A stretch of DNA of 64,000 nt from Zancudomyces culisetae HAW-14-8 (lineage: Eukaryota; Fungi; Kickxellomycota). The translations under genes and the position numbers were made by a program. Location of the stretch: NCBI GenBank assembly GCA_052426225.1, contig JBNJNM010000009.1:1240001-1304000 (forward strand), written 5' to 3'. Of this stretch, positions 12,844-26,643 are shown in pieces (positions within the stretch are counted from its first letter, which is position 1; each line of letters starts with the position of its first letter). The notes under the pieces were generated by a model. That model saw nothing but the letters and a program-made list of their open reading frames with translations, had not been told where the DNA came from and made no database searches.

Positions 12844-14382
12844 ATGGATCCAGCTAGTCAAGCAGCATACGAAGGAAAACTAGAGTACATAAAGGATTAC
12901 TTGCACCAAAATCCCAAACTAATTGACAAACCAGACGAGGTAGGCAAACAACTGAGGTTTATTTAGTTGCGAGTTTTCCCTGGTTCTGTTTTTCTTTCTT
13001 AAATTCATCGTTTTTCACGAATGTTTGTGGTGGTATTTCACTATTACATTTTTAAATATAGGATAGCAGGACGCCTTTGCATTGGGCAGGCAAGTCTAAA
13101 GCTCATGTTTTACCATTTTATTTTTATTTGACTCTATAAAAAAAGAAATGTCCCCAAAGAATTAGCAGAATTTCTTTAAAAAGCGAATTCCTTTATCTCG
13201 AGGAGATCAAGCAAGTAACTTGATTAAGACTGTGTACAATAAATAGTCTCGGGTAATCATGCGGATATTGCAGAATTTCTGGTCAATGAAGGTGCAAAAA
13301 TAGAAGTTGCTGACGAAGTAAGACATATTTTGCGGATTTTAGCACTCACTCTGATTGCTTTCTCAGCACGTTTGGATTTATATACCTTTCATTTATTTAT
13401 ACTCTAATTTCTCGCTCTATTCTACTTAGACTGGATGGACACCGTTAATGATCGCATGTATGTATTACACAGTTCCTGTAACTCTCTAGGGTTTACCAAA
13501 ATATTCTGAGAATTACCAACTAAATCTTTATTCTGCATTTTTGTATACTAAATCAGCCTCCCAAGGTAGTATCGATATTGTTAAACTGTTGTTGGATAGA
13601 GGAGCCAATCCTAATATTTCAAACGAGGGCGGAAATACACCACTGTAAGATATGCATTCATCCTTACCTTATAAATCCTACGTATAAAACCACTACTTTG
13701 TGAGACTGTTAGCCATAACAAAATTTATTCGTTATAGACATTACGCGGCGTCCAAAAATAATATCGAGGTAAGCTATTTCGCTTTTTATCTAATAGGCAG
13801 GACTTGTAGGCAGTACCTGATATACTTAAAATACATACAAATTAGGTATGCGAGCTATTAGTATCCAAGGGTTCGGATGTAAACGCGAAAAATAAACTTG
13901 GCCAGAATGCATTGTAAGTTGTGCATACGTATATTTATTGTATATTTACATCTTGACACGGAGAATACTAACGCCAATAACACTAAAAAGGCATAGAGCG
14001 GCATCTAAGGGATATTATTCGATTGTCAAACTCCTGGCAAACAATAAAGGAAATATAAATGCACACGATAAAGTTGGAAATACCCCATTGTAAGCTCATA
14101 TCGAGTTTCTCTTTTTGTTTTTTGTTTTTTCACATATATTCCCCCTATTTTATGCTCTTCTGGTGTTGCAAACAACATGTCTCAGTATGTAGGTACTAAC
14201 AGTGCTATGGTATTTTTAAACTGTTGTATAGACACCTGGCTTGTGAAGAGTGCTTGGGTGATTTGGCGGTTCGTTTGGTAGAATTGGGCGCTGATAAAGA
14301 CAGCGTTAACGCAGATGGGCTAAAGCCCATTGATTTGTGCACAGAACCCACGGTTAAGCAGTTTATTGAGGAAAGAATCTAG
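12844..14382 (+). CDS. NAS6: Ankyrin-repeat proteasome chaperone Nas6/gankyrin (PSMD10), 9 exons
   Basis: Manual splicing gives DSRTPLHWAVSGNHADIAEFL, GWTPLMIASSQG, NTPLHYAASKNNIE, NALHRAASKG, GNTPLHLACEE; stop TAG 14380-14382; includes a GC-AG intron. Confidence 0.88.
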
Positions 14383-14833
14383 CTTTTTGACATGCAATTC
14401 ATGGTTTGTAGGAAAAAAAGTTTACCCCTTTCGGTTGGTGGCTAGCATTCATAGTGCTACTTTTTTTCAAGCTCTTGAATATATGCGTTAATTAGAATAT
14501 ATATCTTCACTTACTCGTACCCCTTGCTTTGCTAGCATCGATGTTCAGGGCACAATAACCGAGCACGGACCAATGTCTGGCGCATTTTTTTTCCTTAAAT
14601 TTTTCAGGATGTAGTAGTTGATAGCATAGACTTTGGTGCAATAGATCTTCTCTTTCTTATTGGTTGCATTTTATTTATTAGGCGACGGATATTTTGGGCA
14701 CAAAGCAGATTGAAATTTGAGTTTTCGCATTTTACTTTGTTTTATTTTAATATATTTAGTTTTGCTTTTCAAAAAAATCAATTCCCATAATCCTTAATAT
14801 TTTGAATCAGAAAACAAATTCTTTAGTACCACA

Positions 14834-16699
14834 ATGGAAGCCGAGTCTGAACTCGAGCATTTGGATGCTGGACTACTAACATGTAGTGTTTGTTCGGAAA
14901 AATATGATTATAGTGAGTTCATATTATCCACACCCATTACGCTATTTTTTATTTTATTTCATTCTGTAAAGATTCTTTAAAAACGTAAAGCATTTTCTCA
15001 TTGACAGACACTTTTTTGGAAGAATAGAAGCAGTAGGACTTAAATTAAGACCGCTAATTGGGGATTGCTACTACAAATTCACATGTAACAACTGCAATTC
15101 CCCAAGCCATACACATTCATACAGTCGAATTGCTATTAGTTGGTAAATATCAATATCCCTACGTATTTATCGGTATTTTTACTTTTGGCCTTTGAATTCC
15201 AAAAGAGAAACTTTCCTAAACATATGTATCTAATGCGATGGCGAATCCTAATTACATTCCTGACAGGCTGCAGGCTATCTACCTCGTTTTATATCATCTA
15301 ATACACAAATATCCTGAAAAGAAGTACTTTCGGTGGAAAGAGGGGATATGTGTGGTATTTGATGAATACTGGGACGATCTTATGCCTGGAAAGACACGTA
15401 AGTACACCTTCATACTTATTTCGCTTTTGTTGCCGAGTTGCTCTAACTGTACGCCTTTTTTTTATAAAAAGCTATTTTTTATGGGCTCTCTTTAATAAAA
15501 TGATCTTCATTATAGTGTAAATAGACGATTTATAGATCTTATCTAACAACTGTGCTAAGTTGAAAATATTTTAATTAATAGGAACCCCAACCTGGCATAA
15601 CACCATTGCAGGGTGTATTTCTACCCATAGCTATCTATTTAAATCGGGCTTTGAGGAAACTGGTCAGAACGGAAACTGGTCTCTAGATGATCTCACACCA
15701 CCCTCGCAAGTGGATTTGAAAAGTAAGATATCTATCACTTGTCTTTATTTTTTTACTTTTAGTATTTTGCAATAACTAGCCTAACCTCAAAGCCCTTTGC
15801 GATGATAATACCAAATCTAATGGAATTCTCATATGATAATATATATTTACACAAAAGAAAAAAAACAAGAAAACTCCAAAAGCGACAAATCAAAGGAAAA
15901 AGAAAAAGATCGACAAAAACGAAAATATGTGACCAAAAAGTCACGGCTCAGTAAGGACGATGAAGATGATTATGGTACTGCTGGAGACAATTCTTCACAA
16001 AGGTCAATTAAAAATACCTCAAAAAATACCCTAAAGTACGCCACCAAAAAATCTAGCCACGACAAAACGGCTGAATCAAAAAAATGGGCACATGGGGATA
16101 AAGAACAAAAAAGAGGAATGCGTGAGCAGCATAGAGTAGATGGCGAGGACTCAGACCAGGATGTCTCCATTCTAACCACTGCGTCCAGTTCCTCTAGTTC
16201 CTCGGATTATATGTCCGATTCATCTACAGAAAATGATACGTACTCGCGCGCAAATCTGCCTGAAAGACTTGTACTATCCGATGCTGCAGCTTATAGTAGT
16301 GTTAGCGGCCCCTTTGCTTTAATGACAGCAAGACTTGTAAACCATCCTGGCTACTTGGCCAAAGTCTTCGGGAGCTCATTTTCCAACTCAAAAGCAGATG
16401 GTCATGATGATGCCTGCGCTGATATTGCTAGTGATTATACGGAATTTATCCAATCAAAGCACAGGTCTAAAAACACTACGACACTTTTTGAAAAGTGTGG
16501 GAGCTTTGGGGCGGAGTATGGAATGACTAGGTAAGATTTGTACTGTTGTTCTTTGCCCATTTATTTTTGCCCCCTTTTTCAGTTTTCGTTTATTTTGGCA
16601 TATCGCTATACTAAGGCCATTATCGGTGTATTTTTATTTCAATGCATTTATATACTTTAAATGTCAAATAGGGATGATATTGAAAGATTCCTGGTATAA
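14834..16699 (+). CDS. KAT14/CSRP2BP (ATAC2)-like N-terminal Zn-finger/winged-helix protein lacking a GNAT domain (exons 14834-14912, 15028-15142, 15267-15397, 15582-15722, 15858-16530, 16672-16699)
   Basis: Spliced GDCYYKFTCNNC...SWLQAIYLVLYHL...YFRWKEGIC...YW...TWHNTIAGCIS...LFKSG...GNWSL resembles the KAT14 N-terminus as recalled (GDNFFRFTCSDC...YFRWKEDIC...TWWSTVAGCLS). Confidence 0.72.
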
Positions 16700-17804
16700 A
16701 CAGCTGGCCTGTCATTTGCTTTATTTTTGATGGCGCTATTTTACTTGTTTTTAGAATGTATAATAATCCTGATGCTAGTTTTATTTAGTTGTAGTACACC
16801 AAAATCAACTGAATGCTACAAATGCACACTCAGTGTGTCACATAAAAACACAAAGCCGATGCTTCAAGAATTTGCGCTTTTTTCTTCTTGTAAAAACCTG
16901 GATGCTTTCATCCCTTCCCTCCCACACTTCTAACTCGCTTAATATACCCAAAACCCAGTAGCGCTTCAGCTTACTGAAGATCCACCATGTATTCTTTTTA
17001 GAACTGGTGGGTGTTAAGTGTAAACGTAGAGTATCTAAGCAAGATATGTTAATAGGTGAGAGTTCAGTGTTAATGGTATGTATATCCAGCGTGGCATTTC
17101 TTACATCTCGTTTGTTGGTTACATTTCCTTCTACATATACATCGGTTTACTTGCATGAACTGCAAACCAACCATGAGGAAATTTCAAACTAGCGCCAATG
17201 GTTATTGGCCAAAATGATAACCCCGTGATGTAAACGAATAGATGGCTAATATTTTCATTGCATCCGCTCTCCTCTCCCTCTTTTCTACAGTAATGCAATT
17301 GGCATCCCAATTGTAACTTTTCATTCAAAAAAAATACTAACATAATCTCGGCACTTGGCTAAATTCAAACAAAACTTATTTTTGCCTTCCTTTTATAGAA
17401 AAAAAAGGCTGTTGAAAGGCAAATATTTGGTGCAATTACACTATGAACAAAGTAAAATCTATCTAAATATTTTGTTCATATTGTTGGGGGGGGGGAATTG
17501 CTAATTGTTGAAAAATTGTAGGTCAAAAAAAAAAACACGCAAATTGGCAGAATGAACAAAATGAAATAAAAAAGGGCAAGGTTCAGGTAGTTTTATAAGC
17601 ATGTTTAAAACACACTTGCTTAACTTTTATCTATTTTGAAAAGAGGTCTATATTCTCAAAATTTTCGAAAATACCAGCTTTGTAAATCATTTATAGAAAA
17701 TATTAGCTGCGTGTGGGCATTTAATTAAATTTGAATACGAACATCATTTCTCTCTTTTTTTTAACAAGGGAAAAAGTTAGATAATCCGATATAATAACAT
17801 AAAT

Positions 17805-19122
17805 ATGGCCGATTCAAGTAATCAAAAGCATACGGAAGAATCAAACACAAATTTCGGTTCAGGAAAGCCCAAAGGTGGGCGAGGCAAAGGAACAGGTAAG
17901 TTTCTGAACTTATAATCTCATAGATCGGAGAATCTCTGATCCGCAATTGTTTTTCACTAAGTGACAAAATGAAAATACCGATTTAGACGAAGAGCCGTTA
18001 GAAACCGAGTACTATGAATGGCTAAATGTTTCGCCAACAGCCACACAAGCCCAAATCAAAAAAAGTTACTATGTGCTGGCACTGAAATACCATCCGGATA
18101 AAAATAAGGAGGAAGGATCACAGGAAAAGTTTCAAAAAATATCACAAGCATATCAAGTATTATGTGATGAAAAACTTCGGCGAGAATATAACATGTTTGG
18201 AGCGAATAAGGGCGTGGCGGATAACCAGATAGATCCGTCAGTGTTCTTTGATATGTTGTTTGGTGGTGGTAGATTTGGGGACTTTATTGGCGAGCTGAAT
18301 ATTATAAGACATCTCGACGAAGCAATGGAGGAAAGCGAGATGGGTACAACAAACACATTTCAAGAAACAATTACGCTTACACCGCATGTTGACATCACCG
18401 ATAGGCCAAAGACTAAGCAGGAGATTAAGGAAGCCAAAGCCCAGCACAAGATTGAAAAGGCCAGGAAGAGGGAAATTCAGAGAAAGAAGGAGGAGGAGAG
18501 ACTTGCAAAGCACGAAAAACGAGTAAACGATCTCGCGGAAAATTTGATAGCAACACTTTCTATATATGCTGAAAACACTGGTGGCGACGACACGCAGTCA
18601 CTTGAGGCATTTAAAAAGAAGATTGAATTCGATGCCAATGAACTGCGTACTGAATCGTTAGGCGTGGAGCTTCTTCATGCAATTGGACATATATACTGCG
18701 CTAAGGCAAATCACTATATGGAAAGACAAGAGTTTATGGGTGCTCTTAGAGGGGTTTATCATTCATTCAAGGAAAAAGGTGAAGTTATCGGTGGGACATA
18801 TACAATTATTAAGGCCGCGATTGACCTACAGCGCGTCTCAATACAGCTAAATGAGGCTGAAAAGCGTGGATATAGCCCTGAACAGCGAGCGGCTCTTGAG
18901 GCAGAAGCTGCGAAAAAGGGTTTAGAAACCATCTGGAAAGCTGGAAAACTAGAAATTGAAACAGTTCTGCGCGATGTCTGTGACAAGGTTTTATTTGACT
19001 CTTCTATTCCAAAGAGCATCTCTAAACGACGTGCAATAGCTTTGAAAGCAGTGGGGAAAGTGTTCAGTAATACCACAGCTGATCCAAACATGGACTCCAA
19101 TCCTTTCAACTTTATGTCATAA
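17805..19122 (+). CDS. J-domain protein with DnaJ-X domain (Djp1/Caj1 family; exons 17805-17895, 17987-19122)
   Basis: [10 protein letters not shown]...YHPDKN J domain; [12 protein letters not shown]; [12 protein letters not shown]; [14 protein letters not shown]. Confidence 0.88.
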
Positions 19123-22047
19123 GCCTTCTGCCAGCCACTGTGGTGTCTTTTTTTATCTGTTATGGCTGACTGCTTGATAATTCTGCCTGATCTTGGGTTA
19201 TTATGAACGTTGGAGGTGTTGGTTTTATTGGAGATTGGCATTTACTTTTTTTTACTCTTATTTAATTGAGCTTAGAACTTGTGGCTACACGTGATATATT
19301 TTAACCAGCAGTTTTTTTTTTGAAAAAATAACGATCACAACAACTTGCAACTGATTCTCTATTGAACTAAAAATTGCTTTAATCAATCTAATATAGTTTA
19401 TACCATGTATGGATCAAGGTAAACTCTGATTCTAATGTTTATAAGCATATACCTTACTACTTGTGAATGGTTGGTACTTAGTATACCCTCTTCATATTCA
19501 TTATAATTGTGTGTACGTGTGTATGTGTTGTTTGTATCATTTGTGGATTTGAGATAAATATAAAATGAACCAAGTGAACACAGTGGAATTGCCTCAAAAA
19601 AAAGAAAAACAACTCATCAGTAGGAGAAAAAAAAGTACCGGTTCTTGCAAACGCAATAGTTTTGAGTTTGGAATACCAGTACCAGTTTACATCTTTTGAT
19701 TTCTGGTGAATTATTATTATAGACCACACGACCACACTTAAAAATAGTCTTTATCTTGCCAAGAGCTTTAAAAAACACAGAAGGTGGCAAAATGCATAGC
19801 GATATTCTCATGTCCATAGTTGACACCTTTGCACTACACTTTCTTACTTGTAGCTACCTGGTGCAGTTGCTGTATTGCATCCGGCTTATCAGCAGTGAAG
19901 AGTACATGAAATATGGCCAGACACCTAAAAATGAACAAAGTGCTCAAAGTGCTTAAAGAATGAAAAGATGAACGAGGCGATGCAACATACACATCTACAT
20001 CCACATACCGCAATTATACACTTATTTCCTATTTTTGTTTGAAACGGCATCTTTGAGACAGCAGGGAGATGTGCAGATATTGTTCGGTTTCCCTGGTTTG
20101 CATTATTTGAGTGTCAGAAACTGATATCTCAGAAAATCCAATAGTTATATGTATACACTGCTAAATTTCTCCAAATGGCTTGTTGTTTCGATTTACAGGA
20201 CATTATATGCCACACCAACTAAAGCAAGAGGCAGGCAAGAAGGAGCGTGTATTACCAGATACGCTTTACACAAAGTTTGCAGATTTAAAGAGCAACGGTT
20301 TTGCGCTATAATGTTTTTTTGTGTTATTCTGTGCCTGTATGTTCAGTGTTCATTTCGACCATATTATCTTGGCTTTTTTTTTTACGCTTAGAAAAAAAAA
20401 TTCGGGTTTAGACGGATAGTAGAACCAAAGAAAGTACCCAGGTTGATAAACGAAATGATGCTAAACATGCTGAAGAGTAAACATACTCAGCGAATGGTTA
20501 CCATTGAAGAGAGGGTGATATCGTAACAAGGGGAGCTTTGCTACGTGTGCTTTTTCCACTTGGTTTAAAGATGGATCTAGAACTCTACCTGATGTGGTAA
20601 TATCAGCAGAGGTAATGAAGAAGAAAATCTACATAAGCCTGTGGTTAATGAATTGCATCGTCTTGCCAACTAAAATCCGGGCATTTTTTTTTCTAGTTTC
20701 TTTTTGACATAAGAGCAACCTAAATCCAAAATAAAAAGACGTGACAGAAGGCCAATTACTGTGCATATTTTTTGGTGTTCATATTTTAGAAATAATGTTG
20801 TATACCTCAAGTTCAATTTTTTTTTTCTCTGCTATTTAATTCATATAAAATATAGGGGAAAAAAATCGAACTCAAAAACTGGCGGCATTTTTGTAGCAAG
20901 CTAGCCAAACAAATTTACAGCAAAAAGGCTTCAGATTTGAAATCGCTTGAAGCAGCCAGTATTTTTTGGCTCTAAAAATCTTTTTTAAATTGCGGCTTAT
21001 TTTTCACGCTATTAGGCTACGTTTTTCTCTGCAGTAAATTTATAGCAAAGTTTGCAATGAGAAAAAAATGTGTGTATTTGAATTTATAGCCTAAACTTCT
21101 GTAAACAAAAATATGCACAATGGCACCAATTGTCCGATTACCTCATAAGGGTAGAGTGTCCATTCCTTAATTAGCAGCGAATCCCTTTTCTTAATAAAAC
21201 AGATGTTATTTCTGTCGCTGTGTGCTTATCACCAAATTAAAAACTGGTAAAATACGAGTCAAATTCGTTATAGGCCAATTTAAACCGGAGTAAAAAAAAG
21301 AAATGATGGAAAATATTTTTTTCTTACAAATTGCAGAAACGTAGTTAAAACAGGCATTAAACACGACTACTGATTTATACTGTGGTTGGTTGTTCCCACT
21401 CTGTACGTGTAGGCTGAAACAATATAAAAAAATTTTCATTATGTTTTCAAGGTAAATAATACCAAACAAGCCAACAATAATTGGTATTTTGCACTGTCAA
21501 ATTCCTACTATTGAAAATGCAGAGCCAAAAGGCTGAGGTGATTCGGCTTGGTACGCCAAAAGTTATGGAAAAACAGGGCGTGTTGAAAAAAAAAACGGTA
21601 ATATTAATGGTACATCAAAACTCGGGCGTAAAATAAAAAAAAATAACAAAAAAAGGAAAGTGGAAAAGCCAAACATAGAAAGGCAACAAGCGTAAGGCGA
21701 AAGGCGAGCTGCGAAAAACGAAAAATGAAAACGAAATGCGCAAATGGCTGCAAGCTACAAAACCACACACTGTCATAAGTCAAAAACCAAAATTTCGACT
21801 AAAGTTATAAGCAAAAAATAATTGAACTGAAAAAAAAAATGATGGAGCCAGAATCTAAAATTTTTAACAACCATATAATAACCAGGCTTTCACTAACTGG
21901 CATTCATCAAATTCTAGCTACATACGATTTTTTCTCTACTGTGTAGAAATTTTATATATACAAAAATCAAAAATTGCTCAATAGAATAATTACTAGTTAG
22001 TTTTACAGCTAAATTTCCATATTTATAAACAATAACATATAATCAAT

Positions 22048-22512
22048 ATGCCTAAAGCAAAGAAAGCCACAACACCACCAGTAAAGGCCACAAAGGCATC
22101 CAAGAAGGATAAGACCGGACCAAAGCGCTCACTCTCAGCCTATATGTTTTTCTCCCAGGAAAACCGTGAAAAAGTCAAGAAAGACAACCCCAGCGCCACT
22201 TTTGGTAAGTTTAAATTTCTACACATAACATCAGGTCTAAAATGGGTTTATTAACTAACCCTTCCTCTCTGAATATTGTATATTTTAATAGGCGAGTTAG
22301 GCAAACTTCTTGGTGAAATGTGGAAGGGTCTATCCGACACTCAGAAGAAGGTATAACTTTGTTTGTACATACTCATTGATCCACCAATGCGTTCTAGTAC
22401 TAATTCTATTGTTTTTGCTAATGTTACATCCAAATAGCCATACAATGACAAGGCCGCAGCAGATAAGCAAAGATATGAGCTACAAAAGGCTCAGCTTAAG
22501 CCTAAGAAATAG
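22048..22512 (+). CDS. NHP6: Single HMG-box chromatin protein Nhp6 (exons 22048-22204, 22292-22350, 22438-22512)
   Basis: [40 protein letters not shown]...PYNDKAAADKQRYE. Confidence 0.93.
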
Positions 22513-25500
22513 ATGGTGGGCTTATACACGCATCCTGCCTTTCATAACCGGACTGGTAGTTTTTTCGTCATCATTGATGGATGTATTTTTGATGTGACCC
22601 TTTTATTTGTGTATGCGATAGTTTAATATTTTATATTAACCAATATACAGTGTTTATAACTATAAATGTATCTTTTTTTTGGTAATCTCTACTCTGTTTT
22701 TACTTTTAATAAATCGATCTAAAAGCTTAATGTGTGACACAACTATATATCTGTTGGTTTCCTGCAACTATTGCTTGCTCATTTATTTATGCGGATAAAG
22801 AGGAAAGAGATGGAAGGCTTGGTTGTACATAAACATCGCTATGTGCAGCTCTTTTACAAGCAGCTACGAACTTGGGTTTTGACATACATAAAATCGTGCA
22901 AAGGATACATTTTATAAAATCTCGGCTGTATATTTCCGGACTCTTGTAATACTGCTTTGACGATTCCCAATGTATTAAATACATACCACTCTCTTCTCTC
23001 TGTGTGTATGTGTATATATCGAGAACATGTCTGCACCAATATCTTTGAATGACATGTGAATATTTACCAATAGGCCGAGTGAAAGTAATGGTAAATACAC
23101 TTTTTTATATTTCTTCTGCTGCTTGTCGAATTTCAAGAGCGGGATATAAAGAAATGGTTTAGTTGCATAAAAGGTTACTCTACGCATTGAGCTTGGTTTG
23201 TTCGATAAATTGAAATCGTGTCCAGCCTCTGAAGATGCGGTACCGTACGGCAGAGGGACACCAGAAGTCCAGAAATTGGTGTGGCCGGGTTTTTCATCTG
23301 GAGAAAGTTCTGATACATTTTTTGATGCATCCATCAATCATTTAAAAAAAACTGATTGCAACCTTAATCAAAAACCGTGCAGAGCCGAATAAGGCTGTGT
23401 ATGTTGTAGATTGGTATGATTCTATTATCTAGGCAATTATATAACTCAGGGCTCGTCGCAGTACGTTATTCTTTTTGATGCTTATTTACATGCACATATT
23501 CTCATTTACTTTTCCACCCTTTCTTGATAGTCACATCAAATCACCAAAATACACATGCTACAACACACTGCATTCACAAGAACATATGTATATACACTCA
23601 CCTTATGAGAGCTATACTGATATGTGATTTGTGCCTCTAAGTGCCATCGTTTAATTCTGAGGCCAAAGATACTTTTTTTTTAACGGATACAAAGTGGCAC
23701 ATGCCTTATCAACCAGATGTTATACCAAAGTATATTTCACTGCTACAAATAAAATATACGCAATTTTCAAACCTTATCACTAAAGCAGTGTCAACTGCTT
23801 AAATAACGTGGTGAGGGGTATGACATCCCAGCACATGACCTGGGGCAATGTATTACATTTCAGCAAATAAATGAAATTCAAATCCGCAATTATTTTAGGA
23901 AATAACGACTATCTATTGTTTGCATAATCATTTTCAAACATACAGAGCACTTACAAGTGAAAATCGCTCCCAGATAAACTACCCAAGTGGTGCATATACA
24001 TAGAAACCTTTGTAATATTAAACATTTCGCTTCCGGATGTACAATCATCTTTCTCTATCATAGTGTTTTATTTTCTACAACTAGTTGTTGTTTGGGAGGA
24101 GGAATGATCCAACAAAGGTAAATAATACTAGTGCTAATATACATTACAATCCTAAAAAGCCACCAGCGATTGGCTAAGAAAATGCACTTACTCAGAAATG
24201 GTTGGGATTTTTTTTTTGAGTATGTCATGCACCACGTTGTGTACTATAAGAGAAAAGTTGACGTAATGAGTGAAGGACAACACATGATAGTGGTTTTTCA
24301 TTGGGCTTGGGCCCTCGTGATAGGCAGGTTATAATTCAAGATATTCCAAAGGCGTATTCTCTTCAGATTCTTAGTGAAATCAACTTTTGATTTTTGCAGC
24401 AAAACATTAGATGCTCTTTCTTACATCTGTAAAAATGATGGGCATATACGAGTTTTCCGTTTATTAGTAACTCTGCTCTGCACATCTAGAATAAAACGCT
24501 TTAACAAACAAATAAAACGTATACAGAAAAAAAGGAAACGGATGGTCTCATTCAGATAATATTGTGCCATCTGGGGCTTTTTAGGTATTCATAAGTCTAA
24601 AAGCGCATTCTTCTGGTAACATTAATGCAGCACATATGGTAAGCATCTGCGCACTATGTGACTACCAAACCAGTGGTTTTTTTTTCTAAAAACAGAAAGA
24701 GAAAAAAAAGGAAAAAGCGAGAAATTTGCATTTGGAAAAGCTATTTACCCTCAAACAACTCGGTTTAGTACACACGTATAAACAGTATTTGACCCGCAGC
24801 AACATCAGTAACATAAAGGTTGGTGTATGCATAAGCGTTGAAAGTTTTTGTATTAGTTTTACCTAACAAACGTGTGCTAGATGTATGCACTCAATATATT
24901 TGAAATAAAAATAGCCACTATTATTGAGGTGCGTGAGGATTGTAACAATCATGCTACCAAATCCTCCTGACTACAATCATCTAGGATATGTTTTATTTTC
25001 TGTGATTGTATAAGCAGGTATTTTTATGTGATGTTCGTTTCTTTATTTACTTTTTCCCAGGGCTTCGCAAGTTTGTTTTTTCTGATTAAGACTTCAAGAT
25101 TAATAGTAATAAAACGAAACCCACTAATTATTCTTTATAATGCTGACATCTTTGGGTTAAAGTTGATTGTTTACTAATCCAAAATTCATTATTCAAAATA
25201 AGGGAAGATTTTGGGAATGGGATTAACGAAAGGCTTTTGTGTGTTTTTCGACATTAGCATAATCAACTACATTAAGCTAGAGAAGGGTAAAAAAAATAAT
25301 TAGAAAAGCAAACAGCCACACAGAGAAAAAGGCAAAAGGAGCAACAACAAAAAAGGTAGATCTAGTAAAAATAAAATAAAAACAAAAATATAGACACATA
25401 CTATACTTGACAAAGGGGAAGAGGCTTTTACATTTTATTAAAAAATACTACATTTATGTGGAAAATGAGGGCTATGGAAAAGTGTGAATAAGTGAACGGG

Positions 25501-26643
25501 ATTTTTTTTTGAGTTTGGAAAGCTTTGATGCTTTAAGAGGTAGAAAACAAACAGAATAAAGCGGAATAAATGATTATGGTAACTAGCACAATAAAATGCA
25601 TACTAATACCCAGTATCAATACAAATCCACTGTCTACTATTTAGCCTACGCCTTATTGTTGGGAAGGCATAATAAATTTCGGGAATTAAAGTCTTTTGCC
25701 TGCCCGAGATATCGTTAGAACACCAGAGTAAACACATGTGTTATTGTATACCAAGAAAAGAGAATAAATAAATTAAATTAAATTGTATTAATCGTTGTGT
25801 TATTATTGTTATTTCACAAAACAATCAGCTCTTGTATATTATATAAATTCTTTGTGTACTTTTAAAATAAAGGGTAGTCGTAATCAAATATCTGGGTTTA
25901 TGAGCCGTAATTATCCCACATCCCTGTTCCTATTGTTCTGGGGGGGATTTTAATGGTAATGCACATGCTTTTTCCATGGCATTTTGTATAATTGCCCAGG
26001 GTTATATATTCACAGTAGTAGAAGCAAATATCAATACACATTTAATCCTAAACTAAAAAAACATATACGTTATTATATTCCAAAATAACTAGATAGTGCG
26101 TAGATACACACCTTAGTAAGGATAAGGTGAACAAAGGTGCGTATTGATATGTAAAAGAGAAAGTATCGAGCTATTGATGTTAAATAAGAAAAAGCACTGT
26201 TATTAAGAATATAAGTGAATTAGATTGTGTTACTAGCTAAAAAGTCGAGTCTTCTCAAGTAAACGATACACGAAAACCGCCAACAAGCGAATTTTATGCT
26301 ATATATCTAGCAACAAGGTTAATTCAATTCTACACAAAAGGAAGAAAAAAAAACAAGTGCGAGTGGTACCTTTTGGAACGTACCTATACTGATAAAGTGT
26401 GACATATTCGGTTTGCACTAGGTGGAAGAAAAATAGAAAGAGTAAAACAAAACCATTTCTAACCCGCTTGTAAAAGGAATATATATGCTGCATATATAAT
26501 ACATACCAGCTGGATTACATCAATTACAAAAATAAGCCAGCTCTTTACAGGTAAATATACAATAGTTGGATTTTGGATAGTCTCTGAGGCCCTACCCTAT
26601 AATACATTATTGGAAACACAATATCACATTTTATAAAAGAAAA

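Noticed and set aside
19478-21900. Multiple 60-90 aa ORFs in long intergenic DNA (also 23500-26500)
   Set aside because: AT-rich random ORFs without motifs or spliceable gene models
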